A DNA stretch of 64,000 nucleotides from a virus. The DNA lies in IMG/VR virus record IMGVR_UViG_3300029922_000017, positions 1 through 64,000 of that record; one strand, given 5' to 3'. A program made the translations under genes and the position numbers. Below, one piece after another: positions 11,171-22,168 of the stretch; the stretch's first letter is position 1, and every line of letters begins with the position of its first letter. The notes beneath the pieces were generated by a model, which saw only the letters and a list, made by a program, of their open reading frames with translations, made no database searches and was not told the DNA's origin.

Positions 11171-11638
11171 TTATTCGACTATATATTTCTTATATTCTTC
11201 GGTGGAAAACTGTTTAATTCCACGCAATGCACTTGAACTGATATGGCGGAACATCGGTTCACAATAGAATGCCGTGACTTTTAAGTTGGGTTTCATTCTC
11301 CGCAAAAAGGCAATGAGGTTCTGTTCGTATTCCAAATCCGCACCGTTACGAAGCCCACGAACCAACACTACGTTGAAATGCTCATTTTCCAATTCCACGA
11401 TGAAATCTGTTAAAAGCGTGTCATACAACCGGGTCTCAACATTCAATACGTTCAATGCCGAAGTCGGCAACGGATACTTGTCTTCGGGAAGCTTATTCAA
11501 TTTATCGGGATTGATGCCCTTGGCTACAATCACCTTATCAAAGATTTCGACTGCTTGTTTGACGATTGATAAATGTCCGATATGGAATGGAGAGAAAGTC
11601 ACTGGATACAATCCTATGGTTGGGTTATTATTTATCAT
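11171..11638 (-). CDS. coaD: Phosphopantetheine adenylyltransferase
   Basis: YPVTFSPFHIGH (HxGH), VRGLR, EYEQ and ISSS motifs. Confidence 0.85.
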   Translation of the reverse strand: MINNNPTIGLYPVTFSPFHIGHLSIVKQAVEIFDKVIVAKGINPDKLNKLPEDKYPLPTSALNVLNVETRLYDTLLTDFIVELENEHFNVVLVRGLRNGADLEYEQNLIAFLRRMKPNLKVTAFYCEPMFRHISSSALRGIKQFSTEEYKKYIVE

Positions 11639-11681
11639 AATGTGTTATGTATATGTATCGGACATTTAGGATTCATACAGG

Positions 11682-12149
11682 TTATTCAAACGCTCCACAA
11701 TTATTTAATTCATTCAATAATTCCGAGAATGACATTTCCTCGGTCATATCAGTTGTATCAATATCAATGAAGTCTTCAAGTGGAACTTCATAATCCGCAA
11801 CCGCAAAATGTTCCCTGATACTTTTAACTTTATGGATATATATTTCAACGATATCATCACCCATTTCTTTTTTGAATTGTTCCCGCACTTCTCGATATGG
11901 ATTTACGGTTGATATAACAACGTCATAACATTGTGCGTGGATGTATTTTATTAAATTTTGGAGACATTTAGTTTGTTCAATTCTATATTCTTTTGTAAAT
12001 GTCGACGGCTCGTAGGAATTCTTAAACATTTTCCGGAGGTCGTCGCCATCGAAATATATAGTATAGTGAGTCTTATCATTGAAAGACTTGAACTTTTTTG
12101 AGAGTGTGGTTTTACCCACGCCAGCTTGACCAATAAACCAATATATCAT
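11682..12149 (-). CDS. Adenylyl-sulfate kinase-like P-loop kinase
   Basis: IYWFIGQAGVGKTT, FDGDDLR, VNPY, EIY and YEVP motifs of the CysC family. Confidence 0.75.
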   Translation of the reverse strand: MIYWFIGQAGVGKTTLSKKFKSFNDKTHYTIYFDGDDLRKMFKNSYEPSTFTKEYRIEQTKCLQNLIKYIHAQCYDVVISTVNPYREVREQFKKEMGDDIVEIYIHKVKSIREHFAVADYEVPLEDFIDIDTTDMTEEMSFSELLNELNNCGAFE

Positions 12150-12191
12150 AATACCGATAATGATATCATAAGATTGGAAGAAGTCAAGCAG

Positions 12192-12494
12192 TTATTTTTT
12201 CCTTGGAGTTTTTGAAGTTGTAGGCGGATGTTTAATCAGTCTTCTCTTTACTATTTCAGTTAGAGCGTCGATTATTTTGTCCATATTACTTTCGGCTATT
12301 CTATGAGTTACTTTAGTTGCGCCCATTGCCATTGTAATACTAACTACCGTCTGTGGTATATCCATCATTTTATCACTTTTAAATGATAAAATTCCCCATA
12401 CTAAGCACATCGTGACCATCCACAATAAGAATGCAACTCGAACTGCCGAAATTTTTCCGCCTTCGCTACTTCTTAGTATGGATGTCCATTTCAT
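12192..12494 (-). CDS. Small membrane protein (holin-like)
   Basis: GKIS..R motif followed by two hydrophobic segments and a basic tail. Confidence 0.45.
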   Translation of the reverse strand: MKWTSILRSSEGGKISAVRVAFLLWMVTMCLVWGILSFKSDKMMDIPQTVVSITMAMGATKVTHRIAESNMDKIIDALTEIVKRRLIKHPPTTSKTPRKK

Positions 12495-13693
12495 TCATAT
12501 ATACATATATAATTACTTTGAAGAAGCATCGACTTTTTCCATGAAACCAACCGAATCATCCCGATATTCTATCAACATCTCAATCAATTTCTCGTTATCT
12601 TCGGTTGAAACCAACCCATCAACATACTCTTTTATTTCTTTATTAGTTGGCTTCCAATCAAACTCCTCACACAAACTAACAACCTTTAATCCATTTTCAG
12701 ATACTATAAGTTCTCCCTCAATTATATTCTTTTTCATGAAGTCGGCACAATATTTTGATATGACTAGACATGAAATCATATCAGTATCAATCTCGACGTT
12801 TATTTCTTTGAGGCGACTTGTTATTTCTTTTAATTTTTCTCTTTTTGTCATAAATTATTAATATACATTTTATGTTTGGTCGATATCACATTCCGAACGT
12901 GTGATTTTATATCTTCAGGAAGACTTGTGGAATTCACTTTATCAATAAATCCGTCTCTAAGTCATCGTTACATTTAAGTTCTTCTTCAGAAGTTAAACTA
13001 ACAGTTCTTATAGCTGAAATAGTTTTTTCTGCAATCTCTCTAATGTCTTTTGGAATAGTATCACCAGCAGCATGTAATACGTCAGCGGCAAATTCTTTAT
13101 CAGTTGAAACTCGTTCTCTAATCATGTCAAATGCCAGTTCACGCCGCTTGTCATGAACTTGAATTGCCGAGGAGACGTAGTTTAATTTTAATTTGCGGGA
13201 TAATTTTCTTAATTTACTCATAATGTATTATATCAGTTAATGTTAAAATGTCAAGGTTTAAATCCTATGAAATCGTCGGGATATTCCTGCCTTGGAATTT
13301 CCGATTGAGTTTTGTTATATTCCTCAATTGCTTCTTTTACAATGTTGGTAGGAGTTTCAGTAAATTCAATTTCGTCAAATGGAATTGAAGGTTTACCTTC
13401 CAAAGAGTCTCGTTTAAGCTGGTGAGTTTTAATTTGAATGGTTTTACCTTTAAAGTGTTCTAAGGATTTAGGCCAATTATCGATTATATATTTTTCATCG
13501 TAAGTTTCTAAAAAATCTCCGCTATATTCTTTAATATCAGTATGGATGCCATGTTCTTGTAGAGCAAGTTTTATTAGATATGCCAGTGAGGATTTTCCGG
13601 CTCCACAATATCCTCTAATTTCAATTGTTGGAATTTCTTTATTCATGTTGAGAAGTGTAACATATTTTTGTAGAGCGGTCAAGAAGATTTTAC

Positions 13694-13783
13694 TGGCGGA
13701 AAGCACAAAGCACGATTTCGATGCACATTTAAGGCACAATCTGATTAGCAATCAGTTCCAGCACCCCGACTGGTTTACTTTCC
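13694..13783 (-). tRNA. tRNA-Ser(GCT), 8/4 fold
   Basis: 8-bp acceptor GGAAAGTA/TGCTTTCC, 4-bp T-stem, loop TTGCTAA, ends GCCA. Confidence 0.85.
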
Positions 13784-13789
13784 ATGATA

Positions 13790-13880
13790 TGGCGGATAGC
13801 TAAGAACACGATTCCTATGCTCAGTGAAGGCACAATCCGATTTCAAGTCGGTTCCGGCTCGCCCGTCCGGTTAACTATCC
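13790..13880 (-). tRNA. tRNA-Ser(TGA), 8/4 fold
   Basis: 8-bp acceptor GGATAGTT/AGCTATCC, 4-bp T-stem, loop CTTGAAA, ends GCCA. Confidence 0.85.
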
Positions 13881-13885
13881 ATAAA

Positions 13886-14557
13886 TTAAATAATATTACA
13901 TCCCAACAATTTTAAATCGCTCCGCATTAAGATTGTCAATTTATAGGGAAATTCTTTCCATTTTGCTATATCTTTTTCAGTTTTAAATCCCTTAACTTCT
14001 ACATACTCATTAGTATCTGGTAAATAAAAGTCGGGATAATAGTAATGTATTTTTCCGTCATATGTATATGGAAATTTAATTAGATTTTGCTTCCACACTA
14101 TGTTATTGTTATCTAGCCATTTAGCATATTCCATTTCATATGTGCTACGTAAATAAACTCTACCTGCAATTTTACTCGTATACCACATTTTTCTTCCTCT
14201 CCCAGACCCCTCTCGCAAACCGCCACATGCAGGATTTTTTCTCATACTTTCCGATATTTTCTTGCGCCTTGCTTGTTCTTTTTCTGGTGACAGTTTTACA
14301 TATTTTCCTCTATGACTATCCGAAATTTTCTTTTTACATTCGTCCGATAAATGCTTCCCCTTATTCCATGGAGTTAGCGGGTTGTAATCTACAGTCTTCC
14401 AATATTGAATTCCGGCGAACTTACCATTTTTTAACTTTGAGTTCAATTCTTTTTGCGAGGCACATTTACTTGTAGCATTGCTACAACAAAACTTTCCATT
14501 TTTAAACTGTGTAGTTGCCTGTTTACCACATCCATAATCACATTGTCTATTATTCAT
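13886..14557 (-). CDS. Homing endonuclease, NUMOD3 + PD-(D/E)XK
   Basis: WNKGKHLS..KKKIS repeat; YYPDFYL...EVKG. Confidence 0.8.
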   Translation of the reverse strand: MNNRQCDYGCGKQATTQFKNGKFCCSNATSKCASQKELNSKLKNGKFAGIQYWKTVDYNPLTPWNKGKHLSDECKKKISDSHRGKYVKLSPEKEQARRKKISESMRKNPACGGLREGSGRGRKMWYTSKIAGRVYLRSTYEMEYAKWLDNNNIVWKQNLIKFPYTYDGKIHYYYPDFYLPDTNEYVEVKGFKTEKDIAKWKEFPYKLTILMRSDLKLLGCNII

Positions 14558-14647
14558 ATACTTATAAATATACGAATAACTTGATTAAATAGAAAAATAA
14601 TCAACTTCAGAACAATAATCCGCTCTACCATCTCACCTTAAAATAAC

Positions 14648-14731
14648 TGAGGAAGATAATCGAATCGAACGATTGCCTTTTACGACAGGAGAGTTTTCGA
14701 GACTCATTTCACGCCATGTGACCTATCTTCC
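14648..14731 (-). tRNA. tRNA-Ser(CGA)
   Basis: Loop CTCGAAA, variable arm, GTTCGAT T-arm. Confidence 0.8.
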
Positions 14732-15215
14732 ATTAACTATAAATATCTTTTTAAATTCCATCTCCTAACTGTCCATCATCCATTTGCAGTGTTTTAATTC
14801 CCCACCAATAGACATTTTTACATGTATATGTAGAATTTGGGTCTGTTTCTTTTTCTACGTCCCATCCATGAGACAATGAATATAATATTCCATCCTTAGA
14901 TATAATATCGGAAAATGAATGAGGTCCACAACAACTAGTAAACATCTCACCATTCGAAACCCATCTAGATGATGTTATCCATTCGTAATATTCATCTTTA
15001 GTAATATTTTTCATAAATACTTTTTAAAAATTGAAGGATACCAACAATATCCATTTCCAGTATCACCGTGACCACCAAAAATACTTATAAACCAAATTGG
15101 TAAACACCAATGACTTCCCGATTTAGTTTTATGTGGAATATTCCGTGCTATAAAACATCTAGATTTCCATCTAAATGTGAATTGTTCTGGAAACATCATT
15201 TTAATTTGCGACATG

Positions 15216-15611
15216 TTATTTTTCATATATTTCTAATATTGATGTTATTTTAGAACCATCATCCCATCTTACTTTTCCGTCCTCTGTTCCGTGAATTCCA
15301 TCATAGATATATCCATCACTAATGACTATCCAATGCCATCCAGATTTTCTAGTTGGTGATTTTAATTGTGCTATTGCCAATTTAGGAAATGGTAATTTTT
15401 TAAATGGTTTACACCTATTACCGCAATTATATCCCAATTTCCTTAAAGCATTTGCCAAGTCTTTAGTTGATGTGCATCCTTTTTTACCAACTATTTTAAT
15501 TGCTTCCTCAACTGTAATATTAGCTATTACAGCAACTGCAATTTGACCACATGTTTTTTTGTTATCTGGTTGTTGTATCCAAGTTCTCATAAATAGTTTC
15601 GGAATATCCAC
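15216..15611 (-). CDS. C39-like cysteine peptidase
   Basis: QQ....CG, HWIV and YDG catalytic motifs. Confidence 0.7.
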   Translation of the reverse strand: MDIPKLFMRTWIQQPDNKKTCGQIAVAVIANITVEEAIKIVGKKGCTSTKDLANALRKLGYNCGNRCKPFKKLPFPKLAIAQLKSPTRKSGWHWIVISDGYIYDGIHGTEDGKVRWDDGSKITSILEIYEK

Positions 15612-15743
15612 ATTCGGGACATTTCAAACATGATATCAGATTTCCTTTATCATAGCAAGTATATTCAGACTTAATATATGGGTCTTTAAAATCCAGTGCC
15701 TTTCCTTTTATCATTTCTATTTTACAATATTTACATTTCATAG

Positions 15744-15826
15744 TGGTGATGTGAATGGGATTTGAACCCACATTTTCATTTCCAATTATGCGCTGAGAAT
15801 TTAGGAAATTCCGCCATTACCACATC
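15744..15826 (-). tRNA. Atypical tRNA-Arg(CCT), no D-arm
   Basis: Acceptor GATGTG/CACATC-ACCA, loop TTCCTAA, T-arm GTGGG-TTCAAAT-CCCAT. Confidence 0.6.
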
Positions 15827-16263
15827 ATATGATAATTAACAACTCCCATATTAAACTCGTTATTATTCAATTTGTCAAGTGCCATTTCAATCAGCCATGG
15901 TAAATTAGTGATTAATTCTTTCTTCCGGCGATGTATATCTTTAATATCGAGAACACTTACAACCTCATCCGTGGTAGTTTGTAATTGGGTTAAATCTCCT
16001 GTATTGGCATACACCATCACATCAAATTTATCACTATATAATTGACAATAAAATTTCCAACCATACAAGACTTCAACGCCAGTTTCTTCTTTGAATTCAC
16101 GAACCATTGCCTGATACGCCAATTCTCCATCGTTAATTTTTCCGCCTATCCCATTTTTTAGACCGGCTTGCCAATCAGGTTTAGTCTTTGTTATTAGTGC
16201 AACTCTAGATTTATCTTCATCGAACATAAATCCCAATACATATTGTTGTTTGATGTTATTCAT
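15817..16263 (-). CDS. NUDIX hydrolase
   Basis: GGKINDGE....AMVREFKEETG Nudix box. Confidence 0.9.
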   Translation of the reverse strand: MNNIKQQYVLGFMFDEDKSRVALITKTKPDWQAGLKNGIGGKINDGELAYQAMVREFKEETGVEVLYGWKFYCQLYSDKFDVMVYANTGDLTQLQTTTDEVVSVLDIKDIHRRKKELITNLPWLIEMALDKLNNNEFNMGVVNYHMMW

Positions 16264-16823
16264 ATAATCTTATCGACAACTCCTAATTTTAATGCTTCTT
16301 TAACGTCGAAATACCAATCGGTCTTTTCCAAGTAATTTTTATGTAATTGTTTCTTGGTAATCTTGGTGTGTGCCATTACATGTTTTTCAATAATTTTTTG
16401 GAGCCGGTCATTTTCATCAAAATTATCACTTATTTCTTTTAAAGTTCCTTCCGTCCCGCCCGATAATTGATGATGACAAAATGTAGATTTGTTATAGGCA
16501 TATCTTTCATGGCCAGATATTGAAATCATAAACCCGCAACTCATGGCACATCCAGTAGTAATTGTATGGATTGGAGTTTTCGAATTTTCAATTATACCTA
16601 ACAATCCAAAACATTGATATACTGTGCCACCATAACTATCAATATAAATATTAATTGGTTCGGGCGCATATACCAGTCCGTGTAATTTATATAATTGAGT
16701 TATATAAACATCATCAACATTTATTTCTAAGATAGATTTTGACAATTCTCCGATGGAAGTTTGGTCTACTTCTTTATTAAATAACAACGTTCTATCTTTA
16801 GGTAGGGGTAGTATTATTGGCAT
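16260..16823 (-). CDS. clpP: ClpP-like protease
   Basis: IYIDSYGG, AMSCG (Ser), HHQ (His), DWYF...EALKLGVVD. Confidence 0.9.
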   Translation of the reverse strand: MPIILPLPKDRTLLFNKEVDQTSIGELSKSILEINVDDVYITQLYKLHGLVYAPEPINIYIDSYGGTVYQCFGLLGIIENSKTPIHTITTGCAMSCGFMISISGHERYAYNKSTFCHHQLSGGTEGTLKEISDNFDENDRLQKIIEKHVMAHTKITKKQLHKNYLEKTDWYFDVKEALKLGVVDKII

Positions 16824-17413
16824 AATTTATTTTATAGGTATAGTATTATCCGGCAATTTTCCACGTTCCAATCCACAACACAGAGTCCATTCCGGAAAAT
16901 CACCGGAAATTATTTCCATTTCCTCATCGGTAAGTTCTACATTGCTATCGAAATATACCTGGTCATATATTTCATTTTTTCTAAACCATATTTCATTTTC
17001 GCTCGTGCGAAGAATAATATATAATTTATTTTCTTGTGTAAGACCCAATGCAGAGTCTAATGGATATTGGCTAATTTCAGACTTTAAATCTTCGTCTAAT
17101 TCCATTTCTAATGCTTGTTTGATGGTTAACATACTATATAACTTTACTATTGTTTATAATTTCATCTCTATTTGAATCGTTGATTGGTGTAACTGTTCCA
17201 TCTTTATGATGGAGTGCTTCCCATCCTTCTAGTGCCATATACGGAATACTTTCCAATAAAACACAAGTTTAATATCCGCAGAGCTACTCTCTAATAGACC
17301 GCATTTAGACCATTTATCAACTAAATACTTTGTATTTCTGTCTATCTCATTCCATAACGTTAATTACGATTTAACCTTATGTATTACCAATACGTATTGG
17401 TAAATTTTAAAAT

Positions 17414-17489
17414 TGGTGCGCCTGTCCCGACTTGAACGGGAAATAAATGGTCCGAAGCCAATTGTGATATCCAATTTCACCACAAGCGC
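17414..17489 (-). tRNA. tRNA-Arg(TCG)
   Basis: Cloverleaf, loop CTTCGGA, CCA end. Confidence 0.85.
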
Positions 17490-19691
17490 ATTAAAAATTA
17501 TTTCATAAAATATCCATGAAAAGGACAATCTTCAGGATGTTTAGCATGACATTTACACTGACTAATAAATCCATCATTTTCTCTATCTGGTAAATTATTT
17601 TCTTGTAATTTTGACCAATCAGTATTTTTCAGAATTTCACATACTTTATCATACATCTCGTTATCTACTATAGATTGTATATCTTCATATGTATTCATAT
17701 TATTTCTTATTTAAATTCTTAACTAACTTAGTAATAGACTTCTTAATACTTTTCTTAGTAGAAATCTTTTTTGATTTCTTTATTTTTTTAAGACTATCTT
17801 TTTTATTTTGGTCTATAATTAATAGGTCTTCAACACAAGCAATTCCGTGGTCATCATCCATATGAGGAAAAAATTTATTAGCCAATGCTTTTACTACTAC
17901 GTCAACGTCTTTTGGCGTTAGTGTTATTGTGTGTTCTGAATGATAATATGTGTTCATGATAGTATATCTTCTTTATCCATCCAGAAAAAATCTTCCGAAA
18001 AGGAATAATACATTGTTTTGTTTAAAATTTTATGTAATGCCCGAATATATACATTTCCATTTTTTAAATTAAAAGGTTTACCCAAGAATTCATACGTTGG
18101 GTAGCGGTCAATTATTTCTTTAGACACATATACATTCATTTATGAGAAGTATATATTAAATTGATAAAATGTCAAGTTACTTTAGTATTTTCAATACTAG
18201 CTTGGCTTTTTTCAGCTTTGCTTCAGTCTTTTTATACTCTTCTTCCGAAACATTCTTTTTATAATTGCTGCTATTAAGCCTAGTTTCTAGAAATTTGATA
18301 TAGTTTAACTCGTGCTTAAGTCGTTGTTCTTTAGCATTCATGGGTTATCTTTTAAAATTTTACCTTCAACTCCTTGACATTTGTCACATACACAATTTCG
18401 GTAAAGATAACAATCACAGGGATGTTTCTTTTTTGATTGGTCTATAAAATAATCAATCATTTTAGTTATACTCGTAAAATTATCCCTACAATATTTACAA
18501 TCTAAATCATTATGGTCTTTGAAAATAAAGGTGTTAAGCCATCTCAATCTTTGTTTGTCTGTATATCTCATAATATCAATAACAAAACCAACCATTACAC
18601 TTTACACATTTAATTCCACCGCCCGAAGCACCAATTACAAAATGTCTACACATTGGGTCGGCATCATATAATTCTTCAGTTTTACAGTTGCTATAGTTTC
18701 TAACTCTCTTTAACAATTCATTAGTTTGTCCGATATCTAATGATTGAAATCCACGGCATTTACATATAGTAACTGGTGATTTTACTTTAATAGTTTCACC
18801 GTGAAATAATTGTTCAACTTCAATTTCTTGAACTTCAAACTCCGTTTCATTATCACATTGAAAGCAAATCATAAATTATTTTTTAATTGTTCCGATTTTA
18901 TTTTTCTTCGTTGTTTGTTTTTAGCGGTTCTTAATGATTGAGCAAAGTAATGTTGAGATTTATTTTTTGTATTACGTCTCTTCGTTTTGTTATTCATATT
19001 AACAATATACCATTTCAATCAATCCTTCACGTTCCAATATATCATATTCTAAACATCCACGTTTTTGTTCCCAAGTTGGTTCCGAATAACCAGCATAAAA
19101 ATTAGTTACTGTTCCATTAAGATGAAGACCCAGCTTCATAAATAAGGTATTGTATTTTTGTTCGGGAGTAATTGCTCCCACACTATCATATAAATCTTTA
19201 AGATATTTATCGGCTTTTTCATTGAATTTTGGTTTCATAATTTTATTTTTACCTCTCATTTTTTGAACATATCCACCATATTTAGAGTAGAATCCATCCT
19301 TAGTCCATCTATAATATCTGCAATTATATTTTTGATAATCTTCTTCAAGAATATCAGCTTTCCATTGCCAGAATGGTTTAATATTAGTTTCCATATATAA
19401 TGTCATCAGATTTAATTACCCAATTTTGAGCGAATCCCATAGTTTCAAAACTTTTATTTTCAGATACTTGTATCATGCCATTTGATTATGTTCCCAAATA
19501 ATAATATTTTCCCATATTATTGGCATATTTTCTTCCATTATACATAAATGATATTTCATCACCTTCCGTTAATATTTTCATATTTCAAATTATATCACAT
19601 ACATAGAAAAAGTCAAGGTATAAATATTTCTCTACTTTTTCTGTGTTTTTTCTCTACTCAATGATATGTATATACGAAAGGAAATATTATT

Positions 19692-19835
19692 ATGGGAAGA
19701 ACCTTAAAATATAAAACACCAGAAGAAAAAATAAACGCTCGCAAAGAACGGCAGATGAAATATTATTGGAAAAATGTCGAGAAATTAAAAAAAGAGGCAT
19801 TGGAACGTTATTATAAGAGAAAGAATTGTATATGA
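19692..19835 (+). CDS. Small basic protein of the MGRxxKY family (47 aa, not in ORF track)
   Basis: MGRTLKYKTPEEKINARKERQMKYYWKN..., paralog of 57686-57880; ATGA overlap with next ORF. Confidence 0.7.
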   Translation: MGRTLKYKTPEEKINARKERQMKYYWKNVEKLKKEALERYYKRKNCI

Positions 19836-20699
19836 ATAAACAATCAATTTGTAAACATTGCCATAAAGAATTTATTATTGGAAAAAATTGTAAGGGAATA
19901 TATTGTAGTTCCACATGTCATCGATTATCTCGTATTAACACGAATATATTTAATTGTAAATGGTGCGGTGTTGGTGTATCTCGTATGCCATCAGAATTAA
20001 GAAATGTAAACCACGTATTTTGCAATAGTAAATGTGCGGCACACTATAATAATAGTATAAGAAAATGGATATAGACGCACTATAAATTCCTGTAAAAAAA
20101 CTAGCCAGACATTAAAAAATAGAAACCTTAAATTATTTAGTATTGAGATTGAATTGGGGATTAGAAATCCGGTTACACGAGAAAAAATATATAAGAATAA
20201 ATGTATTATGTGCGATGTAAATTTTGAGCGAAATTATATTGCTAAGACGTGTTCTAGAACTTGCTATCTGAAATTGCGTCCGTCAATTGGACGATTGGGA
20301 GGCTTAAAAGCAGCAACGATGCCTTTTCAAATTCGAAGTAGAAGCAAAAATGAAAGATTATTATTTGAATTAATATACCGCAAGTTTCCGGATGCAGTCC
20401 ACAATCGCCGAATGTTTAATGGATATGACGCAGATATAGTTATACCATCGTTGAAATTAGCAATTCACTGGAATGGCGCATGGCATTATACAAACGTATT
20501 AAAATCTGAATATGGACTGAAATTATTACATAAGACCCAATCTAAAAACAAACTACAATTATCAGAGATTGAAAATTGTGGATTTAAAAATTATATTATT
20601 AAAGATATGGGCGGATATAATCCTAAATTTGTAAATCCCGAATTTGAAAAACTACTGGTCCTAATGGAGAATTTCGAAATCTCAACCCCTCCCTTATAA
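19832..20699 (+). pseudogene. Frameshifted Zn-finger + PD-(D/E)XK endonuclease
   Basis: Cys-rich N-terminal ORF stops at 20074 while another frame runs open into DADIVIP..KLAIHWNG.WH. Confidence 0.6.
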
Positions 20700-20730
20700 A
20701 GAGAACGCTCTGCCTTTGAGCTACATTAGG
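20656..20730 (-). tRNA. tRNA-Ile(TAT)
   Basis: Cloverleaf, loop TTTATAA, ACCA end. Confidence 0.8.
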
Positions 20731-20784
20731 TAATTATGACTTTATAATATCACACTATTAGATTAAAGTCAAGAAATATTTAAC

Positions 20785-20860
20785 GGGTCGTCTCAGAGGT
20801 GGTTGAAACCTCACTGAATACTTTTTGGGAGTATTGCCTCTACTCTTGGGCTATGAGACG
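20785..20860 (-). tRNA. tRNA with CAA anticodon (Leu), short variable loop
   Basis: Acceptor CGTCTCA/TGAGACG, loop CCCAAAA (C at position 33), no CCA. Confidence 0.6.
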
Positions 20861-20863
20861 GGA

Positions 20864-20953
20864 TGGTGCATCTGACTGGACTCGAACCAGTAATTGAGCT
20901 TTCGCTACTCTTCGGTCTAAACGAAGCGGATTTTCCAATTTTCCTACAGATGC
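20864..20953 (-). tRNA. tRNA-Leu(TAG)
   Basis: Loop TTTAGAC, long variable arm, CCA. Confidence 0.9.
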
Positions 20954-20959
20954 ATTAAA

Positions 20960-21048
20960 TGGTGCGCCTAGCTGGACTTGAACCAGCAGTTGGGATTTCT
21001 CCACGTCAGGGTTTAAAGCTGATATCTATGCCATTCGATTACAGGCGC
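20960..21048 (-). tRNA. tRNA-Leu(TAA)
   Basis: Loop TTTAAAC, long variable arm, CCA. Confidence 0.85.
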
Positions 21049-21307
21049 ATTAAATTTTTGTCATACCATACTATGACATTTCCTATTAAATGTCAAGTTA
21101 TACTATGACATTTTAATCTATAAAATATTATATCACCCGCTACTGTAAAGTTTAATTGAAGCACCTTGATATTATCGCAGCCAATCCTCAACTCCGTAGG
21201 TTATCCTCATCTACTAATTCATGCAAGCATTATGCACATTAAGCCAAGCCCAATAATAGACTACTTTATTTTACAGATATGTTACTTTACTATATAGTTA
21301 TAAGTAT

Positions 21308-21799
21308 ATGAATAAAACTCCCACATCTTCAACTAATATTGTTACTGCACCAAAAACTAAACTATTAAGCAATCCCGAATTTTATACTATGTTCGAGCCG
21401 AAAGCTATGTTCGAGCCGAAAGTTGACCATCGATTCGTGGTAAAAGCAACCGATTCAAAAACGAATGAGACATTAATACCTACATTTTTGATAAAATCGA
21501 CTTCAATTCCTAGCTTTTCCTATAATTGGTATGGTGGCAAAAAGTATGAACCTCTAATTCTTAAATTATATAATCCAATTGTGCCATCAGCCACTCAAAT
21601 TGCATATGATATACAAAATAAAAAGTTTAATATAAACATAGCAATTTTAGGACCATTCGGAGATAACGTTGAAGAGTGGGATATATACAATGCCACTATT
21701 AAATCTATAAAATTATCATCTTATGATTGGTCTAATAATGCAGATGTTAATATTATAACTCTTGAATTTAAAATCAAGGATGTTAGATTTTTATATTAA
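21308..21799 (+). CDS. Tail tube protein paralog, T4 gp19-like
   Basis: FEPK..HRF, LYNPIVPSATQ and LGP.GD.VEEW motifs. Confidence 0.75.
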   Translation: MNKTPTSSTNIVTAPKTKLLSNPEFYTMFEPKAMFEPKVDHRFVVKATDSKTNETLIPTFLIKSTSIPSFSYNWYGGKKYEPLILKLYNPIVPSATQIAYDIQNKKFNINIAILGPFGDNVEEWDIYNATIKSIKLSSYDWSNNADVNIITLEFKIKDVRFLY

Positions 21800-21802
21800 A
21801 AT

Positions 21803-21892
21803 TGGTGGTTATAATAGGATTTGAACCTATATGGTGGACATCTGGTATGGTGTCGTTTCACCTACTAATAGCGGCTTTACATTTCGCCACTA
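21803..21892 (-). pseudogene. Degenerate tRNA-like sequence
   Basis: Intact T-arm ATAGG-TTCAAAT-CCTAT and ACCA end, 5' acceptor strand does not pair. Confidence 0.45.
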
Positions 21893-21899
21893 GGTTAAA

Positions 21900-21974
21900 T
21901 GGTGTTCCTACCGAGAATTGAACTCGGATAAATAGATTGAAAGTCTACTGAATTAACCGTTATTCTATAGGAAC
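21900..21974 (-). tRNA. tRNA-Glu(TTC)
   Basis: Loop CTTTCAA, CCA. Confidence 0.9.
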
Positions 21975-21981
21975 TTTAAAG

Positions 21982-22070
21982 TGGAGCAAAGAATTGGAGT
22001 TGAACCAATGATGATGTTTTCACATTAGAGTTTTGCAGACTCTTGCTTTCGACCACTCAGCCATCTCTGC
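21982..22070 (-). tRNA. tRNA-Cys(GCA) with long variable arm
   Basis: Loop CTGCAAA, T73-CCA, variable arm ATGT-GAAA-ACAT. Confidence 0.85.
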
Positions 22071-22168
22071 TTAAAATTTTCAATCACGCCACCCATACTT
22101 ATCACCGCTGGAGAACACACTCCAGTTTACGGGTCGCCATTGAATGTATGGAGATTTCTGCCACACCA

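Noticed and set aside
13694-13880. Possible selenocysteine tRNAs
   Set aside because: Anticodons are GCT and TGA (Ser), not TCA, and the fold is 8/4.
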